Made by a program: the position numbers and the translations under genes
Shown here: positions 1-10,044 of the stretch, in pieces
How the letters are laid out: the number at the start of each line of letters is the position of its first letter
How positions within the stretch are numbered: position 1 is the stretch's first letter
Notes under the pieces: model-generated
Databases searched by the model: none
What the model was told of the DNA's origin: nothing
What the model saw: the letters and a program-made list of their open reading frames with translations, nothing else
Source of the DNA: a virus
DNA length: 64,000 nucleotides
Virus record (IMG/VR): IMGVR_UViG_3300045988_103907
Location: 1 to 64,000 of that record
Reading direction: 5' to 3' (one strand)

Positions 1-77
1 GGTAAGACCTCCTGCTTATCTGTGTGAGTTTCAAAATTAGGTATATTATACCTTACTTTCTACTTTTTTTCAAGATG

Positions 78-186
78 GTCTATGCAAATCTCTATAAGTC
101 TATATTTATCGATATTGCGACATTATTTCGAAGTCGTTTTTTGCCATTCCAAAATGGACTCTATGCAAATCTCTGTAAGTCTATAT
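78..186. repeat. Two ~28-nt direct repeats (ATGGnCTATGCAAATCTCT[A/G]TAAGTCTATAT) at ~78-105 and ~156-186, followed by tandem TGGTGTCAAAAT x2 at ~200-223, immediately 3' of the integrase gene
   Basis: Read directly in sequence; position next to the int gene suggests arm-type recombinase binding sites or an att-flanking region. Confidence 0.5.
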
Positions 187-225
187 ATCTTTTGAAGATT
201 TGGTGTCAAAATTGGTGTCAAATAA

Positions 226-1392
226 TTAGGAAACAATCCTATTAAACTGTTTGATTGCCTCTGCTTCGGTCTCTTCTTTTAAGATATGAGTATACACTTT
301 TAAGGTTATATCGGGCGACGAATGTCCCATGAGGTATTGAACCGATTTAACATCCATCTTGGCTTTGACAAGCCGTGTACAATATTCGTGGCGCATACTA
401 TGGGCAGTGACTTCAGGCAATGGTTCATCATGGCAACTATTATAGGCTTTGATTAGTCCTTCAAAAATTCTAACAAGGTTTTTATTCGTATAGGGCCTTC
501 CAGTTTTTGCTATAAACAAGAAGTCGGCTTGCCCATCTATTATTCTCTCTGCTTTTACAATCGGTCGTTGTTTTATCGCTTCTTCAAAAGCAATGATGGC
601 GTCTTTAGACAATGGGATAGTCCTTATCCCACTTTCTGTTTTTGTAGGTGCTAAATACAGCCCGCCGCTCTTTCCATCGTACACCATCTGATGAGATATA
701 GTAACAGTGTTGTTATCAAAATCAAATGACTTTTTTGTTAGCCCGCATAATTCTCCTGCTCGAAGTCCTGTCTCGTGCAAAAGCATCACCATGCCAACAT
801 GCCTTTTATATACTCGACTAGATTTCATGAACTTGATCAGATTTTGATACTGCTCTTCTGTTAATATTTCTTTTTCTTTTGAGTCACATTTGACAACTGT
901 ATTTAATTTAAAAACGAATGGATTTCTAGGAATTATATTCTCATCAAACATTTCTTGAAATGCCGGTCTAGCTAAAGACATGACATCTCTGATTGTTGTA
1001 TAACAATATCCTTCGTTATCCAATTCTCGTGCAAATTGTTTTACATCGCGCACTAAAATATCAGTTGCATTCATTTCCCCAATTAGGTGATTCTGAAAGA
1101 TTTTCAAATTCTGCGATTTTGTTTTATAGCTGCTTGGCCTAATAGTGAGTTTTGTTTCTTCGAGATGTCTTTTTGCTAATTGGTACACTGTGATTTTTGA
1201 AATAGACGTTACACCAAAATTAAGTTTTTCTTGGATTTCAGCTTCTTTTTCTCTCAATTCTTTAAGTGAAGTGGCGTATATTATTGAGCGTTTTCCAAGT
1301 TTGTTTGTCCATCTATATTGGTATCTCCCATCCTTTCTCTGGCTCTCGCCGTCTTTTAAAACTTTGCCATTATTATCTTTACGTCTTATCAT
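226..1392 (-). CDS. int: Tyrosine-type site-specific integrase
   Basis: C-terminal catalytic signature AHSMRHEY...LMGHSS...KVYTHI (R..HxxR..H..Y), N-terminal SAM-like domain, 388 aa. Confidence 0.85.
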   Translation of the reverse strand: MIRRKDNNGKVLKDGESQRKDGRYQYRWTNKLGKRSIIYATSLKELREKEAEIQEKLNFGVTSISKITVYQLAKRHLEETKLTIRPSSYKTKSQNLKIFQNHLIGEMNATDILVRDVKQFARELDNEGYCYTTIRDVMSLARPAFQEMFDENIIPRNPFVFKLNTVVKCDSKEKEILTEEQYQNLIKFMKSSRVYKRHVGMVMLLHETGLRAGELCGLTKKSFDFDNNTVTISHQMVYDGKSGGLYLAPTKTESGIRTIPLSKDAIIAFEEAIKQRPIVKAERIIDGQADFLFIAKTGRPYTNKNLVRIFEGLIKAYNSCHDEPLPEVTAHSMRHEYCTRLVKAKMDVKSVQYLMGHSSPDITLKVYTHILKEETEAEAIKQFNRIVS

Positions 1393-1465
1393 GATGCGGA
1401 ACTCCTTACGTTATATAAGAAGCTCTGGTGTGACACCATGAGTATACCACATCAGAGCCTATATT

Positions 1466-1660
1466 TCAAACAGAATACGTTTGATCTATATATTTTTCGA
1501 GAGCCTTACGTTTGATAAGACGTTTATTCCCCACCCAAAGTACCAATGGACAGTTTTCATCATCAGTAATCGCTCTTAGTCTGCAGACCCCAATCCCCGT
1601 GTAAGCAGCCGCTTCATTTAACGTCAGGGTCGTCTTTTCCCAAATTGGGACTTCCTTCAT
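1466..1660 (-). CDS. Excisionase-like HTH DNA-binding protein
   Basis: 64 aa, LTLNEAAAYTGIGVCRLRAITDDENCPLVLWVGNKRLIKRKALEKYI resembles excisionase-family HTH; lies directly upstream of int with a 4-nt overlap to the next gene. Confidence 0.55.
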   Translation of the reverse strand: MKEVPIWEKTTLTLNEAAAYTGIGVCRLRAITDDENCPLVLWVGNKRLIKRKALEKYIDQTYSV

Positions 1661-2484
1661 TCAATCACCTCCTCCAGCTTGTGCTCGCCATATTTCGCCA
1701 CACATACATTATAAAGTAGCATGGCACGGGTCATGAGGCCAACTCCGCCGATACGAGGGGTCACCTTGATATCTTCGATGTCATAAACAGCGTCGGAGCA
1801 GTCGCCGTGCTGCTTGCCATTCTCGTCATAGTTGATACCAACATCAATGCAGACATCTGCGTTAAATAAATCTAATGGCGAAATAAAATCGCGTTCCCCA
1901 ACAGCGGAGATCACAACATCTACAAGACCATCGTGAAGAGTATAATAACGAAGAGCGTTACCCGTGCTATTTACAGAGATTACGTTACAGTGCCGCTTAA
2001 TCAGCATATCAACCAGCGGGCGACCTACGATATCAGATTGGCCGCACACGAGCACATTCTTTCCATCCAGATCGTAACCGATAGAATCAAAAATCTTCAT
2101 AACACCCAGTGGAGTGCAAGGCTGAAATGGTGATGTAGAATTAAAACCATCAACGTCAAGTTCGTCTGGAATAATGATATTCTTAGGATTGATATGTTTG
2201 GGCAGTGGCAACTGAACAATGATGCCATCTGCTTCTTCATAAATACGATTCTGCAATATCATTTTATTTAATTCATCTTCAGTCGTTTTCTCTGGTAACT
2301 TGATATATTTTGCTTTAATTTTAACCTCTTCACAATCTCGCAGCTTGCCGCGAATATAAGCATTAGATGCAGGGTTGTCCCCTATTTGATAAATAAGTAA
2401 AACAGGAGCGTAGTCGGCTTTTGCGATAATATTCTTGATTTTATTTTTGATATCTTGTGCGATAGATTTGCAATCAATAATCAT
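1657..2484 (-). CDS. folD: Bifunctional methylene-THF dehydrogenase / methenyl-THF cyclohydrolase (FolD)
   Basis: 275 aa; GIIVQLPLP motif, NAD(P) Rossmann region, overall FolD architecture. Confidence 0.8.
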   Translation of the reverse strand: MIIDCKSIAQDIKNKIKNIIAKADYAPVLLIYQIGDNPASNAYIRGKLRDCEEVKIKAKYIKLPEKTTEDELNKMILQNRIYEEADGIIVQLPLPKHINPKNIIIPDELDVDGFNSTSPFQPCTPLGVMKIFDSIGYDLDGKNVLVCGQSDIVGRPLVDMLIKRHCNVISVNSTGNALRYYTLHDGLVDVVISAVGERDFISPLDLFNADVCIDVGINYDENGKQHGDCSDAVYDIEDIKVTPRIGGVGLMTRAMLLYNVCVAKYGEHKLEEVIE

Positions 2485-2524
2485 TGTGAACCTCCTTTAT
2501 AAAACCCTAATTCTTCCATAAGAA

Positions 2525-2890
2525 TCACCTCGTTACTGTACTAACTCCATTATTTTTAATCTGTCCTTTTTGAACATGAATTATTACAGAGTCAGCATTA
2601 ACAGTATTGGTTGACTTATATTCGATATATGGAGCGTTGCTATCATATACAATTTTTACATGTCCTTTGATATTCATATAAGTGCCATTGCAAAGAACCG
2701 TAAGCATCTCGTAATTTTCTGCTGGGACATTAGATACCATAGTAGATGTATATCCGTAGATGCCCGGTTCCAATTCTTCAATAGTGGCAGTCCACTCAAT
2801 CGGATTATAATGACGATAGATACCGTCGCCAATCGCCCATACAAAATATCCAACAACAAGAGTAATGAGCACACCGACTGTCAAAAACAA
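2525..2890 (-). CDS. Membrane-anchored hypothetical protein (N-terminal TM, extracytoplasmic domain)
   Basis: 121 aa ORF with hydrophobic N-terminus; co-oriented. Confidence 0.4.
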   Translation of the reverse strand: MFLTVGVLITLVVGYFVWAIGDGIYRHYNPIEWTATIEELEPGIYGYTSTMVSNVPAENYEMLTVLCNGTYMNIKGHVKIVYDSNAPYIEYKSTNTVNADSVIIHVQKGQIKNNGVSTVTR

Positions 2891-2920
2891 GATCTTTCTC
2901 CAAGAGTGAGTTTTTCGTTA

Positions 2921-3412
2921 TTACCATCCAAATTCAACACCACTTTCGTTTACAATATAGATGCCGTTGTCTTTCAAATACTCAATAAACTCTTCATGTG
3001 GTAATTTATGGGCGAGCTCACAAATAGTGTAGTTACTTCTGCCTTTCACCCATTTTGTTTCTTTCCTCAAGTTAGACCATTGATGTACACGAAATTTCTT
3101 ACAACGAAATTTTAAATGAAAGGCATCTGCACACAAATCGCAAATTGGTATCTCTACATAAAAGTCACCCGGATAGCGTTTTCTTCGCCACCACTCTATA
3201 TCATAGAATACAATACCATAGAGTTCAGGATAATCTTCAAATCCATGTTCTCTAAGATAAGTAAAACCTAATCCATTGATGGTCCATTCTGGCGACCTTG
3301 GAACTGTATACCGAAGCTGCGATTCTGTATGCGAGATACAGGTATTGTTATATTTTCCATCAATGCCCATAATGTACCAGTTGGATTTATAATAGCCTAT
3401 TTGTTTAGTCAC
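2921..3412 (-). CDS. Hypothetical protein (Trp/Cys-rich)
   Basis: 163 aa ORF, co-oriented, 8-nt overlap with next gene. Confidence 0.4.
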   Translation of the reverse strand: MTKQIGYYKSNWYIMGIDGKYNNTCISHTESQLRYTVPRSPEWTINGLGFTYLREHGFEDYPELYGIVFYDIEWWRRKRYPGDFYVEIPICDLCADAFHLKFRCKKFRVHQWSNLRKETKWVKGRSNYTICELAHKLPHEEFIEYLKDNGIYIVNESGVEFGW

Positions 3413-3866
3413 AACTAATCACCTCCCCCGTATCATCACCCAACGGCCACGTGCATCCATAAAATGTTCCAAAATTTTCGATTTTAAAATAGTACCATTT
3501 TTTCGTCACGTAGTCATAAATACTGTAGCAAGTGCAGCGGCCATCCGGCCAATGGTTCTTTTTAATAGCATCAATATCAAGTTCTAAAAATCGTTTGATT
3601 TCGGATAATTTATATGAAGCAAAAATATAATCCCATGGGCCACGCCAATGGATAAACCACATGTGCTCTACGAAGTTCGGCCATTCTACAGAAAATCGTT
3701 CGACTGGTTTACTTCTGCTAAAATTCTTATATTGAAGAAAATAGTTGCTGATACCGTGTACACCAGTCCAATAATGGTCTTTAGTGCAGATGAAATGAGA
3801 ATAGCTTTCCCATTCTGGATTTTGTATTTCCCAGTGATTCTTTTCGATTGAAAATCTATCGTCCAT
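3405..3866 (-). CDS. Hypothetical protein (Trp-rich)
   Basis: 153 aa ORF, co-oriented. Confidence 0.4.
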   Translation of the reverse strand: MDDRFSIEKNHWEIQNPEWESYSHFICTKDHYWTGVHGISNYFLQYKNFSRSKPVERFSVEWPNFVEHMWFIHWRGPWDYIFASYKLSEIKRFLELDIDAIKKNHWPDGRCTCYSIYDYVTKKWYYFKIENFGTFYGCTWPLGDDTGEVISCD

Positions 3867-3939
3867 TCAATTTACCTCATAAAAGTCTAGTTTTACCGTA
3901 TTTTTTACTTGTTTTTGTAACGATAACACGTTATTTATT

Positions 3940-4350
3940 TTACTTTTTATGTTCCATAAGTTCTTTGATTCGCATTCTGTCATCGAAAATAGACATAAGC
4001 GCGATCATTTTCCATAATTCGAGCTCGGACGCTTCCTCAATGGGCTTACATCCATCTTTTCTTGCTTTGTCTGAAATAGAATCCTTATGAAGCCATCTCC
4101 AAACCTCAACAATACCACATGTTGTGTAACCGTATACTCCAAATAAGTCTGGCATATCATACTCTGCATTATGCCACGGAATCATTTTGATAAGAATATC
4201 CAGAGGGCTGCACTCATATGGATTGAATCCAATGAGATCAGGAATATATCCAAACATACCATGACTCATACTCATTCTTTTATTCTCTTTTGCGTCGGTC
4301 GGCTTTCCGTATTGACAATCACTAATATGAGCTTTCATCTCTTGCACCAT
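3940..4350 (-). CDS. Hypothetical protein
   Basis: 136 aa ORF, co-oriented. Confidence 0.4.
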   Translation of the reverse strand: MVQEMKAHISDCQYGKPTDAKENKRMSMSHGMFGYIPDLIGFNPYECSPLDILIKMIPWHNAEYDMPDLFGVYGYTTCGIVEVWRWLHKDSISDKARKDGCKPIEEASELELWKMIALMSIFDDRMRIKELMEHKK

Positions 4351-4392
4351 CCTTCGATTTTCTCACATACTCTACAAATTGCGTCAAAAAAG

Positions 4393-4776
4393 TCAACTCT
4401 CGTCTGCATTAGAAACAATTTGAAGTACGCTCTCCGCTTCTTTGCGAGCCACCAATCGTTGTTCATATTCTTTGTTTGCGATTCGTTCTTGCTCATGCAA
4501 TTCAAGTCCTTTCAACCAGTAAGATGGGCATTCGTAAATTTTTTCAAGCGTGTTTGCATCGCAAAAGTATTCTCGATCTCTCTTATTGTAATCGTAATAT
4601 CCAATAAACGACAGACCGTAATCGCTTATTACAACGTTGTCTTTTAAAAGGACCGGACGTTCATCCATGACCTTAACCCAACCGAGGAAGTTTTCGCAAG
4701 ATTCTGCGCAACTATCTCTTATTTGCCTTCTATAAGCGCACACTTCTTTATGTAGACATTTACTGCAAATAGCCAT
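4393..4776 (-). CDS. Cys-rich hypothetical protein (start trimmed to internal Met to avoid overlap)
   Basis: CSKCLHKEVCAYRRQIRDSCAESCENF cluster; track ORF 4393..4932 overlaps its upstream neighbour, internal MAICSKC start more plausible. Confidence 0.35.
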   Translation of the reverse strand: MAICSKCLHKEVCAYRRQIRDSCAESCENFLGWVKVMDERPVLLKDNVVISDYGLSFIGYYDYNKRDREYFCDANTLEKIYECPSYWLKGLELHEQERIANKEYEQRLVARKEAESVLQIVSNADES

Positions 4777-5170
4777 TTTTTCTCGCTTTCCAGCAGAAAT
4801 TCTCTGCCCAATCATAAAATAGTTTTGGAATGTCTCGTACACGAGAAACAACTTTATAAAGTAAGGTGTCACTAGACTTGTCTTCATGAGGTTCTTTATA
4901 AATACATTCCCATTTATACTCCCAGAGTTCAACTGTATTATCGTCTTGTGTGCTAATCTTCACTAAAATAGAATGAAGCTTGTCGTTTATACTTACGGAA
5001 GCATGACAATTTTCTTGTTTGAGAGGCCACTCATTTATTTTTGCAAATAAATCAAATGCCCTATCGACTGCCATTTCGAATAATGGTTGTTCATCAGAGC
5101 ACATACATATTCGTTCTATATCCCCATAATGCAGAAGATTTAGTTCCCAAACTTCCATTACGTTCACCAC
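4760..5170 (-). CDS. Hypothetical protein
   Basis: 136 aa ORF, co-oriented. Confidence 0.35.
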   Translation of the reverse strand: MVNVMEVWELNLLHYGDIERICMCSDEQPLFEMAVDRAFDLFAKINEWPLKQENCHASVSINDKLHSILVKISTQDDNTVELWEYKWECIYKEPHEDKSSDTLLYKVVSRVRDIPKLFYDWAENFCWKARKNGYLQ

Positions 5171-5405
5171 ACTTTAAAACATACATTTTAATCGTCAAAA
5201 ATTTCTTCTCGCAGAACCGGTTTATCATGGCTCTCTACACGACTGCTGCATTCTGGACATTGTGTTTGATAAAATAAAATCACATTCAATGACCTCGCAG
5301 CCAAAACACTTTCCGAATCAGACCAAAATTCACAACCACACCCTCATTTAAAATGATATGTAAGTTCTTTTGGGGTCTTCTTATGTTGAATAATTTTAAT
5401 CGCCA

Positions 5406-5738
5406 TTATTCTTCTCCTTCGCTCAGACTCTTCAAGATTTTTTGAATCCTATAATACCTACCGAGTGGTGTCTCAAAAATAGCTCTCAATCGCTCAAAAA
5501 ATGTTGGTTTACCGAACACCTCATTGTAATCTGCAATATCGATTTGTTTAGCGGTTTCTCCACATTCAGGGCAAGCGTATCGCAACTCAAAATTAGCAGC
5601 TGTGGTATAATAGTCTTTATAGATTGAATCAAATGTGTCGTCGGCATAAAAATCACAATGACAATAAGGGCATCTAAATTCAACTGCAAATTTTTGAAGT
5701 TCTGGTTCATGACCATGCTTTACAATCTTAGTCGCCAT
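5406..5738 (-). CDS. Zinc-ribbon hypothetical protein
   Basis: CPYCHC...CPECG cysteine pairs, 110 aa. Confidence 0.4.
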   Translation of the reverse strand: MATKIVKHGHEPELQKFAVEFRCPYCHCDFYADDTFDSIYKDYYTTAANFELRYACPECGETAKQIDIADYNEVFGKPTFFERLRAIFETPLGRYYRIQKILKSLSEGEE

Positions 5739-5746
5739 ATTTCACC

Positions 5747-5995
5747 TCAATCTATAAACACAAACGGGTTGTCAAACGCCCTCTGGAAGTTCATTGCATG
5801 AATCCTATTCTCTTCAGACAAAGCGACCTTGATAATTTCATCGTCGGTATGCGTCTCGTCATATTCTGCCGTGTCGCAAACCTTGTAAATTTTGCCGTCT
5901 TTGTTCTGAAGCAGCATTCCCTTACCAAGTTTTAATGGAGTTGTTTCCTTTTCTTCTCGAATATGTGCTTTCATATATTTATTCTTCCCACCCAC
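5747..5995 (-). CDS. Hypothetical protein
   Basis: 82 aa ORF, co-oriented. Confidence 0.35.
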   Translation of the reverse strand: MGGKNKYMKAHIREEKETTPLKLGKGMLLQNKDGKIYKVCDTAEYDETHTDDEIIKVALSEENRIHAMNFQRAFDNPFVFID

Positions 5996-6011
5996 CCATA
6001 AAATTTACCTT

Positions 6012-6323
6012 TTAATCGAGAGTCACTGCGCCATTCGGCCAGTTACCGGTCATTTCATACCATTCCGTCTGAAGTGCATTCTCCTTTTCCTTTATGCACA
6101 TTTTAACAAAGTCATGGATTTCTTCGTCCTGTGGCCTTTTAAAAGTCCATTGCTCATCCACGAATCCTATATCTTCAAGACACTTGCAGTAGCCAGCAAT
6201 CTCGTTATAAAAGATATGGTCGTATTCACCCAGAAGAGTATGCTCGTCAAACAGCTTTACTTGCCATGCAATTCCAAATGGAGCTTCTTTCTCGGCATAA
6301 GATTCAACCGTATAATACTTCAT
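6012..6323 (-). CDS. Hypothetical protein
   Basis: 103 aa ORF, co-oriented. Confidence 0.35.
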   Translation of the reverse strand: MKYYTVESYAEKEAPFGIAWQVKLFDEHTLLGEYDHIFYNEIAGYCKCLEDIGFVDEQWTFKRPQDEEIHDFVKMCIKEKENALQTEWYEMTGNWPNGAVTLD

Positions 6324-6341
6324 TATGTATTCTCCTTGCGT

Positions 6342-6875
6342 TTACTGCTTTCCGGTAGAACCAAAACCGCCTGCTCCACGCTCAGTTTCGTCCAATTCGG
6401 AAACCTCTTCAAAATCAGCCTGCCAGAACGGAACAACTGCCATCTGAGCAATGCGGTCGCCATGAGTAATCATTTGAGGGATATTGGAATGATTATGTAG
6501 TGCTACGATATATTCTCCACGGTAATCCTGATCACAAATCCCTGTTTTATTCGCAGGTGCAAGCCCCTGTTTCGTTGCCATACCACTGCGAGCATAGATA
6601 GCGACATACCAACCTTCCGGCGGAGCCATCCGCAAACCAGTATGTACCTTAACGGTCTCATGCGGCTGAATCATAATGCAGCGATCACCATTCTTGTTTA
6701 CAATCGTTGCGTCATCAAAACCGATATAGGCGTACAGGTCTGCACAAGCAGCGTTTTTTGAGCCATAAGTCGGCAGATGAGCATCTTCGTGCAGTTTATT
6801 GATTTTAATGTTGGGGCGATACGGCATCCGACTCATGCCATAGCCAAGATTAGTAGTTGCGTTTCCTAAATCCAT
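6342..6875 (-). CDS. dut: dUTP diphosphatase (dUTPase)
   Basis: Motifs ARSG, ICDQDYRGE, GDRIAQM, RGAGGFGSTG; 177 aa. Confidence 0.85.
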   Translation of the reverse strand: MDLGNATTNLGYGMSRMPYRPNIKINKLHEDAHLPTYGSKNAACADLYAYIGFDDATIVNKNGDRCIMIQPHETVKVHTGLRMAPPEGWYVAIYARSGMATKQGLAPANKTGICDQDYRGEYIVALHNHSNIPQMITHGDRIAQMAVVPFWQADFEEVSELDETERGAGGFGSTGKQ

Positions 6876-6876
6876 A

Positions 6877-7422
6877 TTATTTTCCTTTCTCTTCTGGAGT
6901 CCACCAAAGGACTATATTGTCGTATCCAGTAGTTTTCATGCAATCGATAACTCTCTGATTAGAGCTTCCCATATAAGGTAGTGAGATGTCACGTTTTGAT
7001 TCAATATATGAGCCATCCACGATGACATCAATAAGATTTAAAATCATATCGATGTCATCATTTTTATTGAGCGGATTTATCTGGCTTAGTAATTCTTCAT
7101 AGGTATATCCAGTCCACATCCAGATGTCTTTTTTATCTCCAAACTCAACTAAGACTTTATAAATAATATCACTGATTGTTTCTCGATTTTCTGGATATAA
7201 CGGATCTCCGCCCGTGAGCGTCAACCCTTGAATATAATCAGGCCGAAGCAGCTCAATTAGTTCGTCTAGCGTTTCTTCTGTGAATGGCTGACCTGCGTTT
7301 GGGTCCCATGTCTGTGGATTATGACAACCGGGGCAATGATGGTTACATCCCGCGCAGAATAACGTGACTCTTACGCCCGGACCATTTGCTATATCACATG
7401 GGACAATCTTCATATAATTCAT
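6877..7422 (-). CDS. nrdG: Anaerobic ribonucleoside-triphosphate reductase activating protein (radical SAM)
   Basis: CAGCNHHCPGCHNPQTW cluster; start moved to MNYMKIVPCD, preceded by GAGGGAA RBS (read on the minus strand). Confidence 0.8.
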   Translation of the reverse strand: MNYMKIVPCDIANGPGVRVTLFCAGCNHHCPGCHNPQTWDPNAGQPFTEETLDELIELLRPDYIQGLTLTGGDPLYPENRETISDIIYKVLVEFGDKKDIWMWTGYTYEELLSQINPLNKNDDIDMILNLIDVIVDGSYIESKRDISLPYMGSSNQRVIDCMKTTGYDNIVLWWTPEEKGK

Positions 7423-7831
7423 CAATGTTCCCTCGTGCTTTATTGATTTTATTTGCGGCAGCTTTCGCATCACTTTCTGTATCATAGATATTACGAATGT
7501 AATACTCAAAATCAGGATCGATGTTGTCGCTAATATCAAATCCTTCTAATTGAATAGACTCTTCCGCTATTATCAAATTGTCATCTTTTTCAAGTCTTGC
7601 ACCGATATTCACTCTCTTGACTTTACATTTTTTGATTCGATATACGTCTTTTACGATCTTTTTATATCCAAGGCAGATAGGACAACGATATTTCTTCTGA
7701 GTGCCATCAATGAATGTTATGTTCACATTTCCGTCAACATCACATTTATTACAATTTTTATCAGCATTCTCTCGCTCAATAATCCATGCAAAGCTTCCGG
7801 GAACGTGCTTTAAATTAAAGCTAGTATCCAT
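7394..7831 (-). CDS. Cys-rich hypothetical protein
   Basis: 145 aa, CNKCDVDGN...CPICLGYKK. Confidence 0.4.
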   Translation of the reverse strand: MDTSFNLKHVPGSFAWIIERENADKNCNKCDVDGNVNITFIDGTQKKYRCPICLGYKKIVKDVYRIKKCKVKRVNIGARLEKDDNLIIAEESIQLEGFDISDNIDPDFEYYIRNIYDTESDAKAAANKINKARGNIDELYEDCPM

Positions 7832-7832
7832 T

Positions 7833-8039
7833 TTAAATCACCTTTGTCCATAGACTCACACATACGATAATAAGAATATTCAGTGCAACGACAGTCCACT
7901 TTACATATTTAAGTTTGATGTCATACATTACAGTATTACATAAGAAATCGTATAGAATTTCTTCAGAGCGGATAATTGCTGCCGTAAGAATTAAAATAAA
8001 ATACGATTCAACAAGAAGCCAAGCAATCTCAGTCAACAT
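7833..8039 (-). CDS. Small membrane protein
   Basis: 68 aa, two hydrophobic segments. Confidence 0.3.
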   Translation of the reverse strand: MLTEIAWLLVESYFILILTAAIIRSEEILYDFLCNTVMYDIKLKYVKWTVVALNILIIVCVSLWTKVI

Positions 8040-8313
8040 CGATTAACACCTCCTCGACAGGAATAATCCGACCATCAACGTAGTAGCATATCTGACCGTG
8101 CTCATTATAATAAGGAGACATATAGCCATTATATATCATGTAGTACATAATCTTTGTATCTCGCTCATACACGATTGGGGAATTTCCAAGTCTGTAGAAA
8201 TATTTATACTCATCAACTGTTTCATTCCCATATGTATCAGTATCTGAACATCCAGTTAGCATAATCGCTGCTAAAAGTACGCATACGGCAGTATTTTTGA
8301 AAGTCTTAAACAT
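8029..8313 (-). CDS. Putative lipoprotein
   Basis: Internal start MFKTFKNTAVCVLLAAIMLTGCSD (signal peptide + LTGC lipobox), AAAGGA RBS upstream of that ATG. Confidence 0.45.
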   Translation of the reverse strand: MFKTFKNTAVCVLLAAIMLTGCSDTDTYGNETVDEYKYFYRLGNSPIVYERDTKIMYYMIYNGYMSPYYNEHGQICYYVDGRIIPVEEVLIDVD

Positions 8314-8341
8314 ACTTTTCCTTTCTAATAAAAGCGGAATT

Positions 8342-8644
8342 TTAGTTATTATGTCCACGCCATTCTTGTATTCTTTCGCACCATTCCTGTATGTCTTCGC
8401 TGTCATAAAAACAGCTTATAATTGCCACTCCGCAGATCATACCAATAAACGAAGACATCATTGCCAACAAAGCAGCTATCATACTATTCCTCCACTTGTG
8501 TAAATCATCACTGTAAAAATCACAAAAAGAATCGCTGCACTGGCTGGAATTGAAAACGAATGCTGTAACACAATGCCGCAGATTACGCTTATAATCGTAA
8601 ACACAATGGTCGTGCAAACATACGATTGCCCCATGGCTAACCAA
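8342..8644 (-). CDS. Small membrane/Cys-rich hypothetical protein
   Basis: 100 aa ORF with C-terminal hydrophobic segment. Confidence 0.3.
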   Translation of the reverse strand: MVSHGAIVCLHDHCVYDYKRNLRHCVTAFVFNSSQCSDSFCDFYSDDLHKWRNSMIAALLAMMSSFIGMICGVAIISCFYDSEDIQEWCERIQEWRGHNN

Positions 8645-8679
8645 ACTATCATATTCTATCTCCTAGAACGGCACTTTTA

Positions 8680-8901
8680 TCAAAATCTCAAATAACTCCA
8701 ATAATCAGTGTATAGAAGTTTTGCGCTTACGTCTGGCTCGTAAAAAGCAAGTGGATGTTCGCGATAGAATCCTTGACGAACAAAGTCCGTTGCCTCATTC
8801 TCGCTCTCGGCAGGAATCTCGTAGTATGAAAAACTACGTTCACCATTAGCCATTAAGTACGATAAGCTTACGCCATATACATGTGTTTGCCCGTAATTCA
8901 T
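8680..8901 (-). CDS. Hypothetical protein
   Basis: 73 aa, co-oriented. Confidence 0.3.
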   Translation of the reverse strand: MNYGQTHVYGVSLSYLMANGERSFSYYEIPAESENEATDFVRQGFYREHPLAFYEPDVSAKLLYTDYWSYLRF

Positions 8902-9110
8902 TACTTGTCCCTCTTTTTACGATACATTGTAACAGTATACGGTTCATAACCATCTTCTTCCGTCCAGTCCAAACTAAAACCAGCACGTTGGTAGACTTCC
9001 ATCTCAATTTGTTTTTCTGTCATATTGTCATCAACATAGAATTCAAAATTACAGTCTTCAAATCCTTTTGCTTTTAGAACTCCTGTGATTTTTTTCATAA
9101 TGCACCCCAC
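8901..9110 (-). CDS. Hypothetical protein
   Basis: 69 aa, co-oriented. Confidence 0.3.
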   Translation of the reverse strand: MGCIMKKITGVLKAKGFEDCNFEFYVDDNMTEKQIEMEVYQRAGFSLDWTEEDGYEPYTVTMYRKKRDK

Positions 9111-9239
9111 TTTTCACGACCGCAGGTATCACAGATAAAGTGCCACTTATCATGCCAGCTATGAGTGCTATCGTAAAGCATAACACCGCCACATCTACTG
9201 CATTCGGGAAGAAACCAATGGAGTAGACGTTTCAAGAGT

Positions 9240-9599
9240 TTAGCAATCATTCTTACTCTTTCTCCACAATCCGTGCTTTTTCATAATCTCGAAGAAATCT
9301 TCCATAAGAGCATCGGCCATCTTACCAGAGATTTCAGGAAGGTCTAAACCAAAATCTCTAAAAGCACAATGTAAACAACCCCATGGAGTTAAAGCAAATT
9401 TTTCATAAAACTCATCTTCAGGATTGCTTTCTTTTGAGTCTAACATATTCGTCTCGTACTCAAACTGTCTCACTTCATTCTTTGTGAGCCATTTCTGCCA
9501 CTTACCACAAACAGAGCAATACAGACCAATCTGGCTACCTTTGCTCTGGATAAAGAAAGATTTACTGCCACACTTACATTTGAAGTCCATCTCAGCCAC
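9240..9599 (-). CDS. Zinc-ribbon hypothetical protein
   Basis: CKCGSKSFF...CSVCGKWQKW; 119 aa. Confidence 0.4.
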   Translation of the reverse strand: MAEMDFKCKCGSKSFFIQSKGSQIGLYCSVCGKWQKWLTKNEVRQFEYETNMLDSKESNPEDEFYEKFALTPWGCLHCAFRDFGLDLPEISGKMADALMEDFFEIMKKHGLWRKSKNDC

Positions 9600-9792
9600 C
9601 TGCCTTTTCTACATTCTGAACCATGCAGCTCATACCGGGATGAGATTTTTCAAAACGATAATGTGCTTTGTTCATAGCATCATTTTGATCCGGTGCTTTA
9701 ACCATATATGTATTGAATGCCTGATGTCCATCATCATAGTACATTACTTCAACAGACCAATAATCCATATAGCTCCCTTCATGCCACCACAC
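9592..9792 (-). CDS. Hypothetical protein
   Basis: 66 aa, co-oriented. Confidence 0.3.
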   Translation of the reverse strand: MWWHEGSYMDYWSVEVMYYDDGHQAFNTYMVKAPDQNDAMNKAHYRFEKSHPGMSCMVQNVEKAGG

Positions 9793-9832
9793 CCACCCCC
9801 GCTAGTTAGTTTACTTGCTTCGACTGCCCTTA

Positions 9833-10044
9833 ATGAAGCACTCAAGCAAAATAAGAGCCAACCAAATACCTGTCGCGATCTTGACCGTAAAAGTGATGTT
9901 TAACAGCTTAAAAATCAGCCAGATAATACCAATCGTGGTAATCCACGAAATAAAGTAAGTTAAGGCAAGAAATAAAACGGTTCCAAGAAAAGAACCAAGT
10001 GCCTTAAAGAAATTCTTCCACGCTTCTATTCCAATTACCTTCTT
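9833..10044 (-). CDS. Orphan two-TM membrane-protein coding region with no canonical start (ends ...LLECFIKGSRSK), in frame directly after the TGA stop of the upstream gene
   Basis: Translated by hand: KKVIGIEAWKNFFKALGSFLGTVLFLALTYFISWITTIGIIWLIFKLLNITFTVKIATGIWLALILLECFIKGSRSK; strong TM character; no ATG/GTG/TTG in frame. Confidence 0.3.
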
